The notes: generated by a model from the sequence alone, not told the origin. Shown: positions 1-10,685, counted from the stretch's first letter. The stretch: DNA of 64,000 bases from Bacteroidales bacterium (GCA_038207725.1 JBBQZN010000008.1:743-64742), one strand, 5' to 3'. A program made the numbers and translations.

Positions 1-24
1 ATTACTGGGTTATTAATTTAAAAA

Positions 25-42
25 TGTTAAAATATCTTAACA
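25..42. promoter_or_regulatory. Palindrome TGTTAA-N6-TTAACA, candidate operator upstream of susC
   Basis: Perfect 6-bp inverted repeat with 6-bp spacer about 30 bp upstream of a TAnnTTTG element. Confidence 0.35.
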
Positions 43-71
43 GTTTTTTAGTATTTTGAAGAACTTTTATT

Positions 72-79
72 TACATTTG
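72..79 (+). promoter_or_regulatory. Bacteroidota sigma-A -7 element for susC
   Basis: TACATTTG matches TAnnTTTG; no well-spaced -33 TTTG seen. Confidence 0.45.
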
Positions 80-293
80 AGATAGTGTTTGCATCGTAAT
101 GCCACAGGTTTTAAATTTTATTATAAAATAATCCTTTTGTAAACTAACCAAATTTGCCGATGAAGAATACTACCTGACTTAATCCAATCTAAAAAAAACA
201 GGAGTTATTTTACTCCTGAGTCTTGTTTTCCGAATCAAACCAATCGGAAGACTTATTATTTTTTTATTTTTTAAACCTTCTAACCTCAAAAGT

Positions 294-3200
294 ATGACTA
301 AAAAACACGCGCTGGTTGTTTCATTTCTGGCAACCCTGAACCATTTTAGGGGGGCCGTGAAACTTATGACTATGCTATTTCTGATTGGAACCATCCTTGT
401 ATCAGCTGCGCCAACCGCATTTGCTGCCGGGAATGATTCCGCAAGTGATCTGCAGCAAAAGAGAATTTCCGGAAAAATAACTGATTCCGAAGGTAACGCT
501 CTGGCAGGTGTAAACATTCTGGAAAAAGGTACCATTAATGGTGCTATTTCTGATGCAAATGGTAACTATACACTTAATGTTACCGGAGCAAATCCAACTC
601 TTACTTTTTCCTTTATCGGTTATTCAACACAGGACGTACTTGTTGGAACTCAGACATCAGTTGATCTGGTGCTTAAAGGAGCATTATCAGCTTTGGATGA
701 GATTGTTGTTGTTGGTTACTCAACACAGCAGAGAAAATCTCTCACAGGTGCAGTTTCTACAGTAAGTGCTGCTTCACTGGCCGAGAGTTCATCAACAAGT
801 GCTATTCAGCGTCTTCAGGGTAAGGCTGCGGGGGTTACAATCCTCAACAACCACACTCCCGGTGAAGATGCCACAATCCGTATCCGTGGTATGAGTACAA
901 TCAACGATGCAAACCCTCTTTGGGTTGTCGATGGTGTACCTGGTGCAACAGCTTCTCCTAACGATATTGAAAGTATTTCTATCCTTAAAGATGCCGCTTC
1001 TACATCAATTTATGGTGCAAGAGCTGCAAACGGTGTTGTTCTTGTTACAACAAAATCTGGTAAGAGAAACCAGAAACTTCAGATGGATGTTAATATCAGA
1101 CAGGGTATTACTAAAAACTCAAATAGTTATGACCTGTTAAACACACAGGAATATGGTGAAATGCTATGGCTTGAGGCTGTAAATGCAGGAAAAGCTATTG
1201 GTGTACCTGTGGGTACTCCAAACAGATTTACACATTCCCAGTATGGTGCTGGTACAACTCCGGTTATTCCTGATTATATTGCTCCTGCCATGACAATGGA
1301 AGGTTCTGCTACTGTTGATCCTTTATTATATGACTATAAGATGGCTGCTGAAGACGGTGACGACACGTACCTAATCATGAAAGCAAATAAAGCTGGTACC
1401 GACTGGATGAAAGAAGCAGAACAGAATGGTGTCTTCAAGGAATATACAGTTGATGTTACAGGTGGTACTGCCACTACAAACTATGCATTCCTTCTTGGTT
1501 ACACAAGAGAAGATGGTGTTTTCAAACACACCGGATTTGACCGTTATAACTTCCGCTCAAATGTTACTACTTCTCCTGCCAAATGGATTGAAATAGGCGA
1601 GAAAATTGGTATCACATATACCGATGACTATGGTTATCAGTCAGATAACGGCGAAGGTTCAATAGTATCCTGGACCTACCGTATTCCTCCTATAGTTCCT
1701 GTTTATGATATTATGGGAAATTATGCCGGTACAAGAACTGATGGTTTAGGAAACGCTCAAAACCCAATCTTCCTTCTTGATAAAAACCAGTGGGATTCCA
1801 ATAAAAGGATGACTATCAGCGGTAATGCTTTCGTGAAATTCAATATTTTGAAAGGTTTATCAGCACAGTCACTTATCGGTATCAACCATTATGGCCAGTA
1901 TGGCAAGAATATCAACTTTGTTGAGGTTGCGGCCAAAGAAAGAGGAAGCTATGATTACCTTAGCGAAGAAGCACGTTACAGTCTGCAGTACACATGGACC
2001 AATACAATTGATTACTCAAAGACATTTGGCAATCATAATGTTAAGGTGATTCTTGGAACAGAGGCTGTTGATAACACATACAACACATTCGCAGCTGAAA
2101 GAAGTGAATATGCTTTCAAAGATATTAACTACATGACTCAGAACACCGGTTTCCGTGGAATTGGTAACTCAGGCAGCTTAAGTTCCTGGAGTTTATTCTC
2201 AATATTCGGACGTGCTAATTACACTTTCTCTGATAAATACATGGTGGAAGCTGTAGTAAGACGCGATGGTTCATCACGTTTTGGTACTGAGAAATATGGT
2301 GTATTCCCGGCAGCTTCTCTCGGATGGAGAATTAGCCAGGAAGATTTCATGAGTTCTACTTCAAGCTGGCTTAATGAATTAAAAATTCGTGCAGGTTATG
2401 GAGTTGTTGGTAACGACCGTATGGGTAACTATAACAGTTATACACAGTTTGCTCCAAGTTTCAACGATTCATTTTATCCAATGGCCGGCGGCAACGGAGA
2501 TACCGGAGTCACAGGTTTCTATCAGTCAACTTTTGGTAATAATACCGTTAAATGGGAAACTACATCAACAACCAACTTTGGTATTGATGCTACTCTCCTT
2601 AAGAACGTAACCCTTATGGTTGATATCTGGTCACGTACTACCAACGATATGTTATATCCAAAGCAGCTTCCATTGGTTTATGGAACAGCTTCTACTCCAT
2701 CTATCAACATCGGGGAGATGAATAATAAAGGATTTGACATAGAACTGGGATATGCTAACAACGCAATGAACGGCGATCTTACATATTATGCAAACCTCGT
2801 TTTCTCGCATTACAAAAATGAACTCACCAAACTTACCGACAATGCCGGTGACTATTATCAGGGTGGTGGTTATCGTGAGCAGTATTATACAAGAACAGAG
2901 ACCGGCAGAGCATTTCCTGAGTACTATGGATATGTTAGCGAGGGTATTTTTAATACAGATGATGAAATTCTTGCATGGCCTACAAACGCAAATAATAAAC
3001 TGGGATATTTCAAATACAAAGATGTAAACCTTGATGGTGTTATCAATGCAAGCGACCGTACTTATATCGGATCACCTCATCCTGATTTCACAGCAGGTTT
3101 GAGTTTTGGTGCTACTTATAAAGGTTTCAGTGTTCAGGCTCAGTTGTTTACAAGTGTCGGGAACGACGTTATCAACTATGTAAGCCGTTTCATTGATTAT

Positions 3201-3581
3201 ATCCAGTTTGAATCAGGAAAAAGTCATGAAAGACTTTACCAGTCATGGGGAAGCCCATATCTGAACGGCGACAACACAAAAGCTACTCTTCCTATTTCAC
3301 TTGCTAACGACACACCGCACCAGGCAGCTTCCTCAGCATTTATTGAAGACGGTTCTTATCTCCGTATGAAAAACCTGAGAATTGGTTATGACCTCAATAC
3401 TCTTCTTAAAGACAGAGTAAGATCTCTTAACATTTACTTCCAGGCTTCTAACGTGTTTACTTTAACCAAGTATACAGGTCTTGATCCTGAAATCGGAACC
3501 GGTGGTATCAACATGGGTATTGACTCAGGCGCATGGCCAACTCCAAAGCAGTTCATGTTCGGAATTACTTTCGGAATCTAG
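294..3581 (+). CDS. susC: SusC/RagA family TonB-dependent outer membrane transporter
   Basis: N-terminal carboxypeptidase-regulatory-like domain, LDEIVVVGY, plug motif DIESISILKDAASTSIYGARAANGVVLVTTK, RRDGSSRFG, KWETT, C-terminal barrel strand; followed by SusD. Confidence 0.97.
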   Translation: MTKKHALVVSFLATLNHFRGAVKLMTMLFLIGTILVSAAPTAFAAGNDSASDLQQKRISGKITDSEGNALAGVNILEKGTINGAISDANGNYTLNVTGANPTLTFSFIGYSTQDVLVGTQTSVDLVLKGALSALDEIVVVGYSTQQRKSLTGAVSTVSAASLAESSSTSAIQRLQGKAAGVTILNNHTPGEDATIRIRGMSTINDANPLWVVDGVPGATASPNDIESISILKDAASTSIYGARAANGVVLVTTKSGKRNQKLQMDVNIRQGITKNSNSYDLLNTQEYGEMLWLEAVNAGKAIGVPVGTPNRFTHSQYGAGTTPVIPDYIAPAMTMEGSATVDPLLYDYKMAAEDGDDTYLIMKANKAGTDWMKEAEQNGVFKEYTVDVTGGTATTNYAFLLGYTREDGVFKHTGFDRYNFRSNVTTSPAKWIEIGEKIGITYTDDYGYQSDNGEGSIVSWTYRIPPIVPVYDIMGNYAGTRTDGLGNAQNPIFLLDKNQWDSNKRMTISGNAFVKFNILKGLSAQSLIGINHYGQYGKNINFVEVAAKERGSYDYLSEEARYSLQYTWTNTIDYSKTFGNHNVKVILGTEAVDNTYNTFAAERSEYAFKDINYMTQNTGFRGIGNSGSLSSWSLFSIFGRANYTFSDKYMVEAVVRRDGSSRFGTEKYGVFPAASLGWRISQEDFMSSTSSWLNELKIRAGYGVVGNDRMGNYNSYTQFAPSFNDSFYPMAGGNGDTGVTGFYQSTFGNNTVKWETTSTTNFGIDATLLKNVTLMVDIWSRTTNDMLYPKQLPLVYGTASTPSINIGEMNNKGFDIELGYANNAMNGDLTYYANLVFSHYKNELTKLTDNAGDYYQGGGYREQYYTRTETGRAFPEYYGYVSEGIFNTDDEILAWPTNANNKLGYFKYKDVNLDGVINASDRTYIGSPHPDFTAGLSFGATYKGFSVQAQLFTSVGNDVINYVSRFIDYIQFESGKSHERLYQSWGSPYLNGDNTKATLPISLANDTPHQAASSAFIEDGSYLRMKNLRIGYDLNTLLKDRVRSLNIYFQASNVFTLTKYTGLDPEIGTGGINMGIDSGAWPTPKQFMFGITFGI

Positions 3582-3616
3582 TTTAAGTTATTTATAAATT
3601 ATTAAAATAAAAAGAT

Positions 3617-5362
3617 ATGAAGAGAATTATCAATTTATTACTTACTGCCGTATTCTTCGGTAGTATGTTGATGATAAATTCCTGCAGCGAAGATTTCCTG
3701 ACAAAAGAACCCCCAGGGGTTGGTTCGGCATCTCAGTTGCTGACAGATACAGGTGTTGAGACACTTCTCACAGGAACATACAGCGCAATGCAGGGAGCAG
3801 GAATGTTCGGCGGAGCACTTGTATCAGACTGGACATACGGAAGTGGTGCTTCAGATGATGCTTATAAAGGCACTTCATCAGGTGACCAGATCAACTTTAA
3901 CATGGTTGAGAGATATGAGGCTCTTCCAACTAACGCTTATATGCGTGAAAGATGGAGAGACTGCTATAATGGAGTTGCCCGTGCTAATAAAACTCTTGAA
4001 TTTCTATGGAATACCCCAACAATTCCCGCAGCAAGGGCATCACAGATTGAGGGCGAAGCTAAATTCCTCAGAGCATGGTTTCATTTCCAGGCTAACAAGG
4101 TGTTCGAAAAGATCCCTTATATCAAAACAGAAAAGGAAATGGGAGTAGCTCCTGAAACAGTTCCTAACACTGATGCCGGCTGGGCTGGTATCGAAGCTGA
4201 CCTTGAGTATGCAATTAATAATCTGCCAACAACAAAGATCAATGGCGAAAAGGGACGTATTACAAAATATGCTGCCGAGGCAATTAAAGCTCAGGCTTAT
4301 TTATATCAGAACAAGCATGTTTTGGCTAAACCGCTGCTTAATGATATTCTTGCCAATACTGCATTTGTTCTTGTTGATTACAGCTGGAACTTTGACATGA
4401 CTCATGAGAATAACACTGAGTCAATCTTTGAATATCAGGCTTCTACAACAGCAACAAGTCACTCTTCAGTACTGATGTCAGGTGCAATAAAGCATCAGGC
4501 TGGTCCTGCAAGTTGCGGCGGTTGGGGTTTTTATCAGCCTTCTGAAACCCTTTTCGAAGCATTCCAGGTTAATGCCAGCGGCTTGCCGGTTCTTGATATC
4601 GCTGCCCGCGCACCTCTTGCTAATGACATGGGTGTAACAAACGCAGCTAATTTTACTCCTACAACTGCTCTTCTTGATGTGCGCGTTGACTGGACAATTG
4701 CCCGTCGCGGTGTTGATTACCATGGCTGGGGAATACACCCGGGAGTTGCGTGGATCCGCGAGCAGCCTAACGGCGGCCCGTATATGACCAAAAAATATAT
4801 GCATCAAAAATCAGAAGCAGGTTTAAATACAAACGGTTCAGGTTTTAACAATGGTGTAAATGCCAGAATGGTTCGTTTGGCTCATATTATCCTCTGGAGA
4901 GCTGAGGTTGCTGTTGAAGAGAACGACTTTGAAGGTGCCCGTCTTCTTGTAAACCAGATCCGTAACCGTGCTAAAACCAGTACTCCTGTTATGGGAAAAT
5001 GCACTTCTACTTCTAACCTCGGAACCAGCCCTGTTGTTAACTGGAACCTGCCTGCAGCTAATTATATGGTAGAGCCTTACCCGGTTGGAGCAGCTGCTTT
5101 CGCTACAAAGGATGAAGCCAGAAAAGCTGTCAGGATGGAGATCCAGCTTGAATTTGCAACAGAAGGACACCGTTTCTTTGACCTGAGGCGTTGGGGAATT
5201 TCTAACACAGTTCTTAACGATTACATCACCCGTGATGGACTCTTCAGATCATTCATGAATGGTGCTGTTTATGTTCCTACCCAGGACGACTACTGGCCAC
5301 TTCCACAGGACCAGGTTGACCTTCAGGCGGGCGTTCTTACTCAGGATCCTGCTTATTTGTAA
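3617..5362 (+). CDS. susD: SusD/RagB family nutrient-uptake lipoprotein
   Basis: Lipobox INSC-SEDFL, GEAKFLRAW, ELA-like EFATEGHRFFDLRRWG, PLPQ near C-terminus. Confidence 0.96.
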   Translation: MKRIINLLLTAVFFGSMLMINSCSEDFLTKEPPGVGSASQLLTDTGVETLLTGTYSAMQGAGMFGGALVSDWTYGSGASDDAYKGTSSGDQINFNMVERYEALPTNAYMRERWRDCYNGVARANKTLEFLWNTPTIPAARASQIEGEAKFLRAWFHFQANKVFEKIPYIKTEKEMGVAPETVPNTDAGWAGIEADLEYAINNLPTTKINGEKGRITKYAAEAIKAQAYLYQNKHVLAKPLLNDILANTAFVLVDYSWNFDMTHENNTESIFEYQASTTATSHSSVLMSGAIKHQAGPASCGGWGFYQPSETLFEAFQVNASGLPVLDIAARAPLANDMGVTNAANFTPTTALLDVRVDWTIARRGVDYHGWGIHPGVAWIREQPNGGPYMTKKYMHQKSEAGLNTNGSGFNNGVNARMVRLAHIILWRAEVAVEENDFEGARLLVNQIRNRAKTSTPVMGKCTSTSNLGTSPVVNWNLPAANYMVEPYPVGAAAFATKDEARKAVRMEIQLEFATEGHRFFDLRRWGISNTVLNDYITRDGLFRSFMNGAVYVPTQDDYWPLPQDQVDLQAGVLTQDPAYL

Positions 5363-5381
5363 TAATCATCATCAAATACTT

Positions 5382-5411
5382 AAAGGAGGCCGCATGCGGC
5401 CTCCTTTTTTT
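5382..5411. terminator. Intrinsic terminator, likely bidirectional
   Basis: AAAGGAGGCCGC-AT-GCGGCCTCCTTT followed by T-run, between convergent susD and DUF6057 genes. Confidence 0.85.
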
Positions 5412-5417
5412 GTTCAG

Positions 5418-7217
5418 CTATTTGAACTGAAAATAGTACCAGAAAGTAGATCCAAACCTCTTCTGCATTGTCTCTTTGCTTAATGCTGAATTCTGGCGCA
5501 GCGACTTGTATGCAGTTGTGTATTGTTCAAAACGTGCAAGTGTCTCAGAACTAATGCTAAGACCACCAAGGTCAGGCATTTTCTTTGTACTGCTGTAATG
5601 AATTAACAGTGCTTCCTCAATATGCCTGGGGATTCTTGTATACTTCATCTCTTTGAGCTTTCCGGTATTATTTATTATTGCTTCTACATTTTTTGTGAGC
5701 AGTAGCCAGGCAGTGATGTATTCAAATGCCTTCCTGTTTCCGGGATTTGCTTCTAGCAGGAGGGGGAGATTATTATGTGGCTCTTCGAGATAAATAAAAA
5801 AGTCGTTCTGTGGAAGAATCATGGCTCTTTTCCCGAACTCAGGATTGGAAGCTACAGCTAAGGAATCATCAAGAAATTTTTCATATTCGTTAGCCCGGCT
5901 TCTGTAGAATATGCTTCCTTTCAGGATGTTAATGTACTTCTCCGCCATTCTGTAATGCCCGTTTATCAGGTTAGTCTTTATAAGCATCTTTAAATTCTGG
6001 GGTCGGTATCCATAAACAACCATCTCTTCATAAGCCCACCTGTGAGCCTCGTTTATTAGTCCTGTTGAATAATGAAAATATGAACCCCAGGGCAGGTGAT
6101 CATCACTCCATGGTAAAATCAGTGAGCCTGCTCCAAAATCCTGCCTTCCGTAAAACAATCTGTCGCAGAGCTGATCAGTTTCAGAAAGTGCAATATTATA
6201 GAAGTACTCGCCAATCATATTTTCAGACGGATACTTTTCCTGGTATTCAATTGCCTTATCCCATTGTTCATTGAAAACAAGCTCTTCAAGACTTATTACT
6301 CTATCAGTCTGAGTATTGTAAGTTCTGATGATAAAAATAAGAGTAAATGAAATAGCTATTAATCCGGATATAATACTAGTGTATTTTTTCCCTGAAACAC
6401 CTTTCTTAAACCTGTTGATGATTACACCGGCAGGAAGAAACAATACTACGTAGGTGGTGAGTATGTAAAACAGAATTTTCTGTTTTTGATCGTTAACAGG
6501 TGGCAGCGGATAAAATATCAACTGACTGTCGGGTACATAGAACATAAGTTCTTTAAAAACAAAGAAAGTAACCAGTCCTGTTATTAATAGAACAGAGAGA
6601 TATAAAATCCTGAACCAACCCCTGTCAAACAGCAGAATATAAAGGCCGTATATAGCCAGATATATCATACTATATGCTCCGGTGAGATAATAAAAGAGCG
6701 GAAAAAGTAGAATAGCTATAATCCTGCTTTGTGTTTTTCTAGCTTTTAGGCTAAGAAGAAACCAGCCCAGAATCATCAAAAAACCAAGATTATACTCCAT
6801 CATATGATAGTAGTGACTCTGCATCATTACCATAAGACATGATGGGATTATCAGCAAAATCAGGGGGAATTTAATTTCTGCAAATAGCCTTTTGGTAATG
6901 CGAAAAAGAAATATTCCGGGAAGGGTCAGTATCCCTGCAAGAATAAATGAACCCAATATTTTGACAGAATAGAACTGTGTGAGAAATTTTCCTGCAAGAA
7001 CTAATAACCCGCCTGGTTTTATAAGGTGTTCCTGCAGAAATTCGACTGAGAAAATGAATAGAAATTGTTGTTCCTGAAAGAAGAGGACGTAAGCGCTGAA
7101 GAAGTAAAAATAGATGAATGTCAGAATAAAAAACAGAAGAAACATAAAGTTTTCCTCTGATATTCTGCTGATTAATGATTTTCCATTCATGCCGCTCGTG
7201 TTTTTTTCAATATTCAT
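5418..7217 (-). CDS. DUF6057-type polytopic membrane protein with C-terminal helical (TPR-like) domain
   Basis: About 10 hydrophobic segments, QEQQFLF and KPGGL motifs, NRKAFEY, C-terminal TFWYYFQFK; paralog of 61738..63519. Confidence 0.8.
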   Translation of the reverse strand: MNIEKNTSGMNGKSLISRISEENFMFLLFFILTFIYFYFFSAYVLFFQEQQFLFIFSVEFLQEHLIKPGGLLVLAGKFLTQFYSVKILGSFILAGILTLPGIFLFRITKRLFAEIKFPLILLIIPSCLMVMMQSHYYHMMEYNLGFLMILGWFLLSLKARKTQSRIIAILLFPLFYYLTGAYSMIYLAIYGLYILLFDRGWFRILYLSVLLITGLVTFFVFKELMFYVPDSQLIFYPLPPVNDQKQKILFYILTTYVVLFLPAGVIINRFKKGVSGKKYTSIISGLIAISFTLIFIIRTYNTQTDRVISLEELVFNEQWDKAIEYQEKYPSENMIGEYFYNIALSETDQLCDRLFYGRQDFGAGSLILPWSDDHLPWGSYFHYSTGLINEAHRWAYEEMVVYGYRPQNLKMLIKTNLINGHYRMAEKYINILKGSIFYRSRANEYEKFLDDSLAVASNPEFGKRAMILPQNDFFIYLEEPHNNLPLLLEANPGNRKAFEYITAWLLLTKNVEAIINNTGKLKEMKYTRIPRHIEEALLIHYSSTKKMPDLGGLSISSETLARFEQYTTAYKSLRQNSALSKETMQKRFGSTFWYYFQFK

Positions 7218-8788
7218 TCATGAATGGATTTTTCTCCCGGATTCCTTCTGACATCTTTCTTCCTGGCCATCCATTCCGGTAAAGAATCAGATGCTTCGCC
7301 CGGTAAGGCTTTGATAGCCTCCATACCAGACACTGCTTCAAAGTCGCGTGGATTAAAACTTATCCTGCCGTTAATAAACTCGGGTATATTAAACGATTCT
7401 ATCATCCGCATGTAATATGCAGGATCGCTCTGAGGAAGGATGAATGGTTTTCCGGTATGTTCCCATGATTCAAAATAGGCAAACTGAGGTCGGGTCGATC
7501 TGCCGTCAGTTCTTTTACTGCTGAATACCAGCCATTTACCGTTCGATGACCATGAGTGGTAACTGTCTGTCTCATCACTGTTTAGATCCATTTTTCTGCT
7601 CTTCCCGTTCTTAAGATCAAGGATATACAAGTCTGCCTCCTTATGCCAGATAGGAAAGGTTCCATAATCGTGAAGTGTAAATACAAGATATCTGCCATCA
7701 GGCGAAATTCTCGGGAACGAGGTGCTTTTTCCCATTTCAGATGCATTGTATATTATCTCAGTTTCACCAAATGATCTGGATTCTGCATCAAAGGGAATTC
7801 TTACCAGGTTATACTTAGTCGCTTTAATATCTTCAAGACTCAGGTTGCCTTCAGCTTTTCCCTGCAATGCCTGACAGAAATAGAGATACTTACCATCCGG
7901 TGACCATGAGGGAAATGTCTGAAGATATTTGGTGCTGTCATGGGTAGCAATATTCACTGTTTCATTCTTCTCTGTGTCATATAAAATAAGGGAGGATACA
8001 AGGTCAAAAACTTCAATACTTTTTGATGAATGAGCATAAAAACTCTGTCTTACCTGGTTTGAGGAGTAAGCTATATATCTGCCTCCGGGATGCCATGATG
8101 GATAAGTAGCTCCGCCAGGCATGCTCCCAATCTTAAGGTCTCTCTTGGTAATTTTGCCATTGTCAGCAAAGTAGGTTCCACCTTTTGAACCACGGATATG
8201 TACCATGAATTTATCCTTATTGTTCTGGTTAAAGGAGTGGCAATTGACACAATTCATTTCAAGCATCTGATTTTCAATAAGCGATTCTTCACTGAAACTT
8301 TCGAGCGATCGCTGTACAATTCTGATTTTGGACCAGGAATAGAAACCAGGATGTATAAGCCTGTAAACCAGATAAGGATCTATTGGCTCCCTGGCCACCG
8401 TCATATGGAATTTTTTATACTCCTTTGGATTATCCGTCCTGCTCTTTAATGAGTACACTTTAAATTCTATACTGTCGCCGATGCTCTCCTGAACGAGTTT
8501 CTTCCACGATTTTTCAGGAAACCTTATAATTCCGTCTGATGATTTTATATTAATCTGGTAACCTGTTGGTAGTGAGGCTGCTGTAACCTGAAAAAATGTT
8601 CCCTCCTCATGTACTGAGAAATTCATTGGAGCAATATTTGGAGGGATTGTAATGTTACTATAGTCAGGTTCTATAACAGGTAATCGGTCAGTGAGTTGAG
8701 CATTATCCTTTATGTCAGACATGCAGCCCGGGAAGAACAGCCCTAAGGTAATAACAAGCAAAAATCCAACAGCTTTTCTTAATTCCAT
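7214..8788 (-). CDS. TolB/PD40 beta-propeller lipoprotein with a CxxCH motif
   Basis: Likely start MELRK (8788), lipobox FPGC, PDYSNITIPPNIAPMNF, CVNCH, repeated PSWHPGG/PSWSPDG/PRISPDG/SWSSNG blades. Confidence 0.85.
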   Translation of the reverse strand: MELRKAVGFLLVITLGLFFPGCMSDIKDNAQLTDRLPVIEPDYSNITIPPNIAPMNFSVHEEGTFFQVTAASLPTGYQINIKSSDGIIRFPEKSWKKLVQESIGDSIEFKVYSLKSRTDNPKEYKKFHMTVAREPIDPYLVYRLIHPGFYSWSKIRIVQRSLESFSEESLIENQMLEMNCVNCHSFNQNNKDKFMVHIRGSKGGTYFADNGKITKRDLKIGSMPGGATYPSWHPGGRYIAYSSNQVRQSFYAHSSKSIEVFDLVSSLILYDTEKNETVNIATHDSTKYLQTFPSWSPDGKYLYFCQALQGKAEGNLSLEDIKATKYNLVRIPFDAESRSFGETEIIYNASEMGKSTSFPRISPDGRYLVFTLHDYGTFPIWHKEADLYILDLKNGKSRKMDLNSDETDSYHSWSSNGKWLVFSSKRTDGRSTRPQFAYFESWEHTGKPFILPQSDPAYYMRMIESFNIPEFINGRISFNPRDFEAVSGMEAIKALPGEASDSLPEWMARKKDVRRNPGEKSIHE

Positions 8789-8811
8789 TCCGGAATGTAA
8801 ATTTATAATTA

Positions 8812-9225
8812 TCAATACTTTATTCTGAGATCGACCTTAGTGTCATATAAAAAATAGCAGGCTTCTTCGCAAAGATTCTCTTCGTATTTCACCCGTGGAG
8901 TCGCCGAATCGATTGTAACGTAAGTGCCTTTAAGAGTGTTGTAGGTTGCGCTTACAGTGTATAACTTGTTTATCGTAACAGGTATTTCGGTTATTGTACC
9001 AAGTGGATAAGATGTGACGTACAGAACACTGTCTTCAATATTCCCTTCCCATACGTTAAGCATTACACTTGTTCTTGATACATTCACGCTTATTTTGACT
9101 TCAAGCTTTGCACTTACCGGTTCATTCGGTTTGCAATCGCTACAATTATTAATGAGATTGCTATCCTCACATGAAAAAATGATTACAAGTGCAGCCAGAA
9201 TTATGAGTTTTACTGTTTTTGTCAT
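8812..9225 (-). CDS. Hypothetical small lipoprotein, beta-rich, with paired Cys
   Basis: Lipobox IFSC, CSDC near N-terminus, CEEAC near C-terminus; tightly packed in operon. Confidence 0.75.
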   Translation of the reverse strand: MTKTVKLIILAALVIIFSCEDSNLINNCSDCKPNEPVSAKLEVKISVNVSRTSVMLNVWEGNIEDSVLYVTSYPLGTITEIPVTINKLYTVSATYNTLKGTYVTIDSATPRVKYEENLCEEACYFLYDTKVDLRIKY

Positions 9226-9229
9226 TGCC

Positions 9230-10672
9230 CTAAAACCATTTTAAGTTTTTTCCGTGAAACCTTACATTGTCAAAGAAAGTAGTCCATGAAAAACCGACCC
9301 TTAACCAGACCGGACCAACCTTATAATAGTCTGATTTGATATATTCAGCACTGAGGCTTAATGATAACCTGTTCCAGTTCTGTTTAAAACCCACTGAAGG
9401 AAACAGAATGTACCTCCCTGCAGGCAGCATGGCTGTCCCTTTCATCTGGTTGACAAATGAATAAGCTGTTGACAAGGATACTGAAATTGCAGAACTATAA
9501 TTAAGTTTTTTCTCAGTAAGACTGAAATCTTTAAAGATGCCACCATATATCATCGAACTTTTTTCCCAGTACTGGTAAAAAAGATTTTCATTTTGTTTCA
9601 CGCTCACTCTTGTTTCAATAAATTTAGTGTCGAATCCCAGATTGAAACCGGCATTTAAGTAGGGTTCCTTAAATGACAGATTAACACCGGTATAAATATC
9701 ATTCAGAACCAATCTGCCTGAAACACCTGCTGAATACTGATCAATACCCAGCTTTACTTTTCCGGGAACATTGTTTTTCTTAAGCAAGGGGAGTATATCT
9801 TTTCTTCTGTATTTTGATGCAACTGTATAGGAATCAAGACTTCTATCGCCAGTTATAGCCCATCTCACACTCTTTTTAAGCAGATATGAAGTAGTCTCAA
9901 CACTGCCATTCATTATTGCCAGAGTTAAAGCATTATGGCCGGCATCATTTACAGAATATATGTCTGCACCCTTATTTAAGAGCAGATCCATAATAAGAGT
10001 GTCGCCGTTCAGAGCAGCCATCATAAAAGGAGTAAAGCCTTCATTGTCGCGGATCTCAATATCTGCTCCATTTTGTATAAGCAGGTCTGCTATATCTGCA
10101 TTTCCAGCCCACACTGCTGCGAAAAGAGGTGTACTTCCTTCAATTGTCTTACTGTTTATGTCTGCATTATAGTAAAGCAGCAGATCTGTCTCCAGAAGAT
10201 ACCCATAGATTGAAGAATAGTGAAGTGCCGTGGCATCAAACTGATCAGAATACTTAACATCGGCTCCCATGCGCAGAAGTAATTCTGTTATCTCTTCAGA
10301 GTCGTTTTTTGCTGCTACCAGGAGTGGGGTTTCTCCTGCAGGATTCGTCCGGTTTATGTCAGCCTTATAATAGAGCAGCATTTTTACAGACTCAAGCTGC
10401 TTGTTGTTGACAGCAAAAAAAATTGCACTGGCTCCATTTTGGTCTGTTGCATTTACCTTAGCGCCTCTCTTTATAAGTTTCGGTATTTCAGCAAGATAGC
10501 CATTGCCTGCCGCTATCATAAGATTGTAATCTATGGCATCCCGGTAATATGCAGGCAAGTACTGGCTGGTATCATAATATTCACCCTGAATCTCCGGAAT
10601 CTGCGACTCTGCATGTTCCGTAATAAAGAATGAAACAATTATGAAAAGTATCCCTGAAAATTGTAGCCTCAT
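9230..10672 (-). CDS. Secreted ankyrin-repeat protein with C-terminal beta-strand-rich (possible outer-membrane barrel) domain
   Basis: Signal peptide, about 7-8 repeats of GxTPL/A..G..LL..GAD.N; last ~170 aa show alternating hydrophobic strands; start may be 10681 or 10672. Confidence 0.85.
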   Translation of the reverse strand: MRLQFSGILFIIVSFFITEHAESQIPEIQGEYYDTSQYLPAYYRDAIDYNLMIAAGNGYLAEIPKLIKRGAKVNATDQNGASAIFFAVNNKQLESVKMLLYYKADINRTNPAGETPLLVAAKNDSEEITELLLRMGADVKYSDQFDATALHYSSIYGYLLETDLLLYYNADINSKTIEGSTPLFAAVWAGNADIADLLIQNGADIEIRDNEGFTPFMMAALNGDTLIMDLLLNKGADIYSVNDAGHNALTLAIMNGSVETTSYLLKKSVRWAITGDRSLDSYTVASKYRRKDILPLLKKNNVPGKVKLGIDQYSAGVSGRLVLNDIYTGVNLSFKEPYLNAGFNLGFDTKFIETRVSVKQNENLFYQYWEKSSMIYGGIFKDFSLTEKKLNYSSAISVSLSTAYSFVNQMKGTAMLPAGRYILFPSVGFKQNWNRLSLSLSAEYIKSDYYKVGPVWLRVGFSWTTFFDNVRFHGKNLKWF

Positions 10673-10685
10673 TGACAACATAGCA

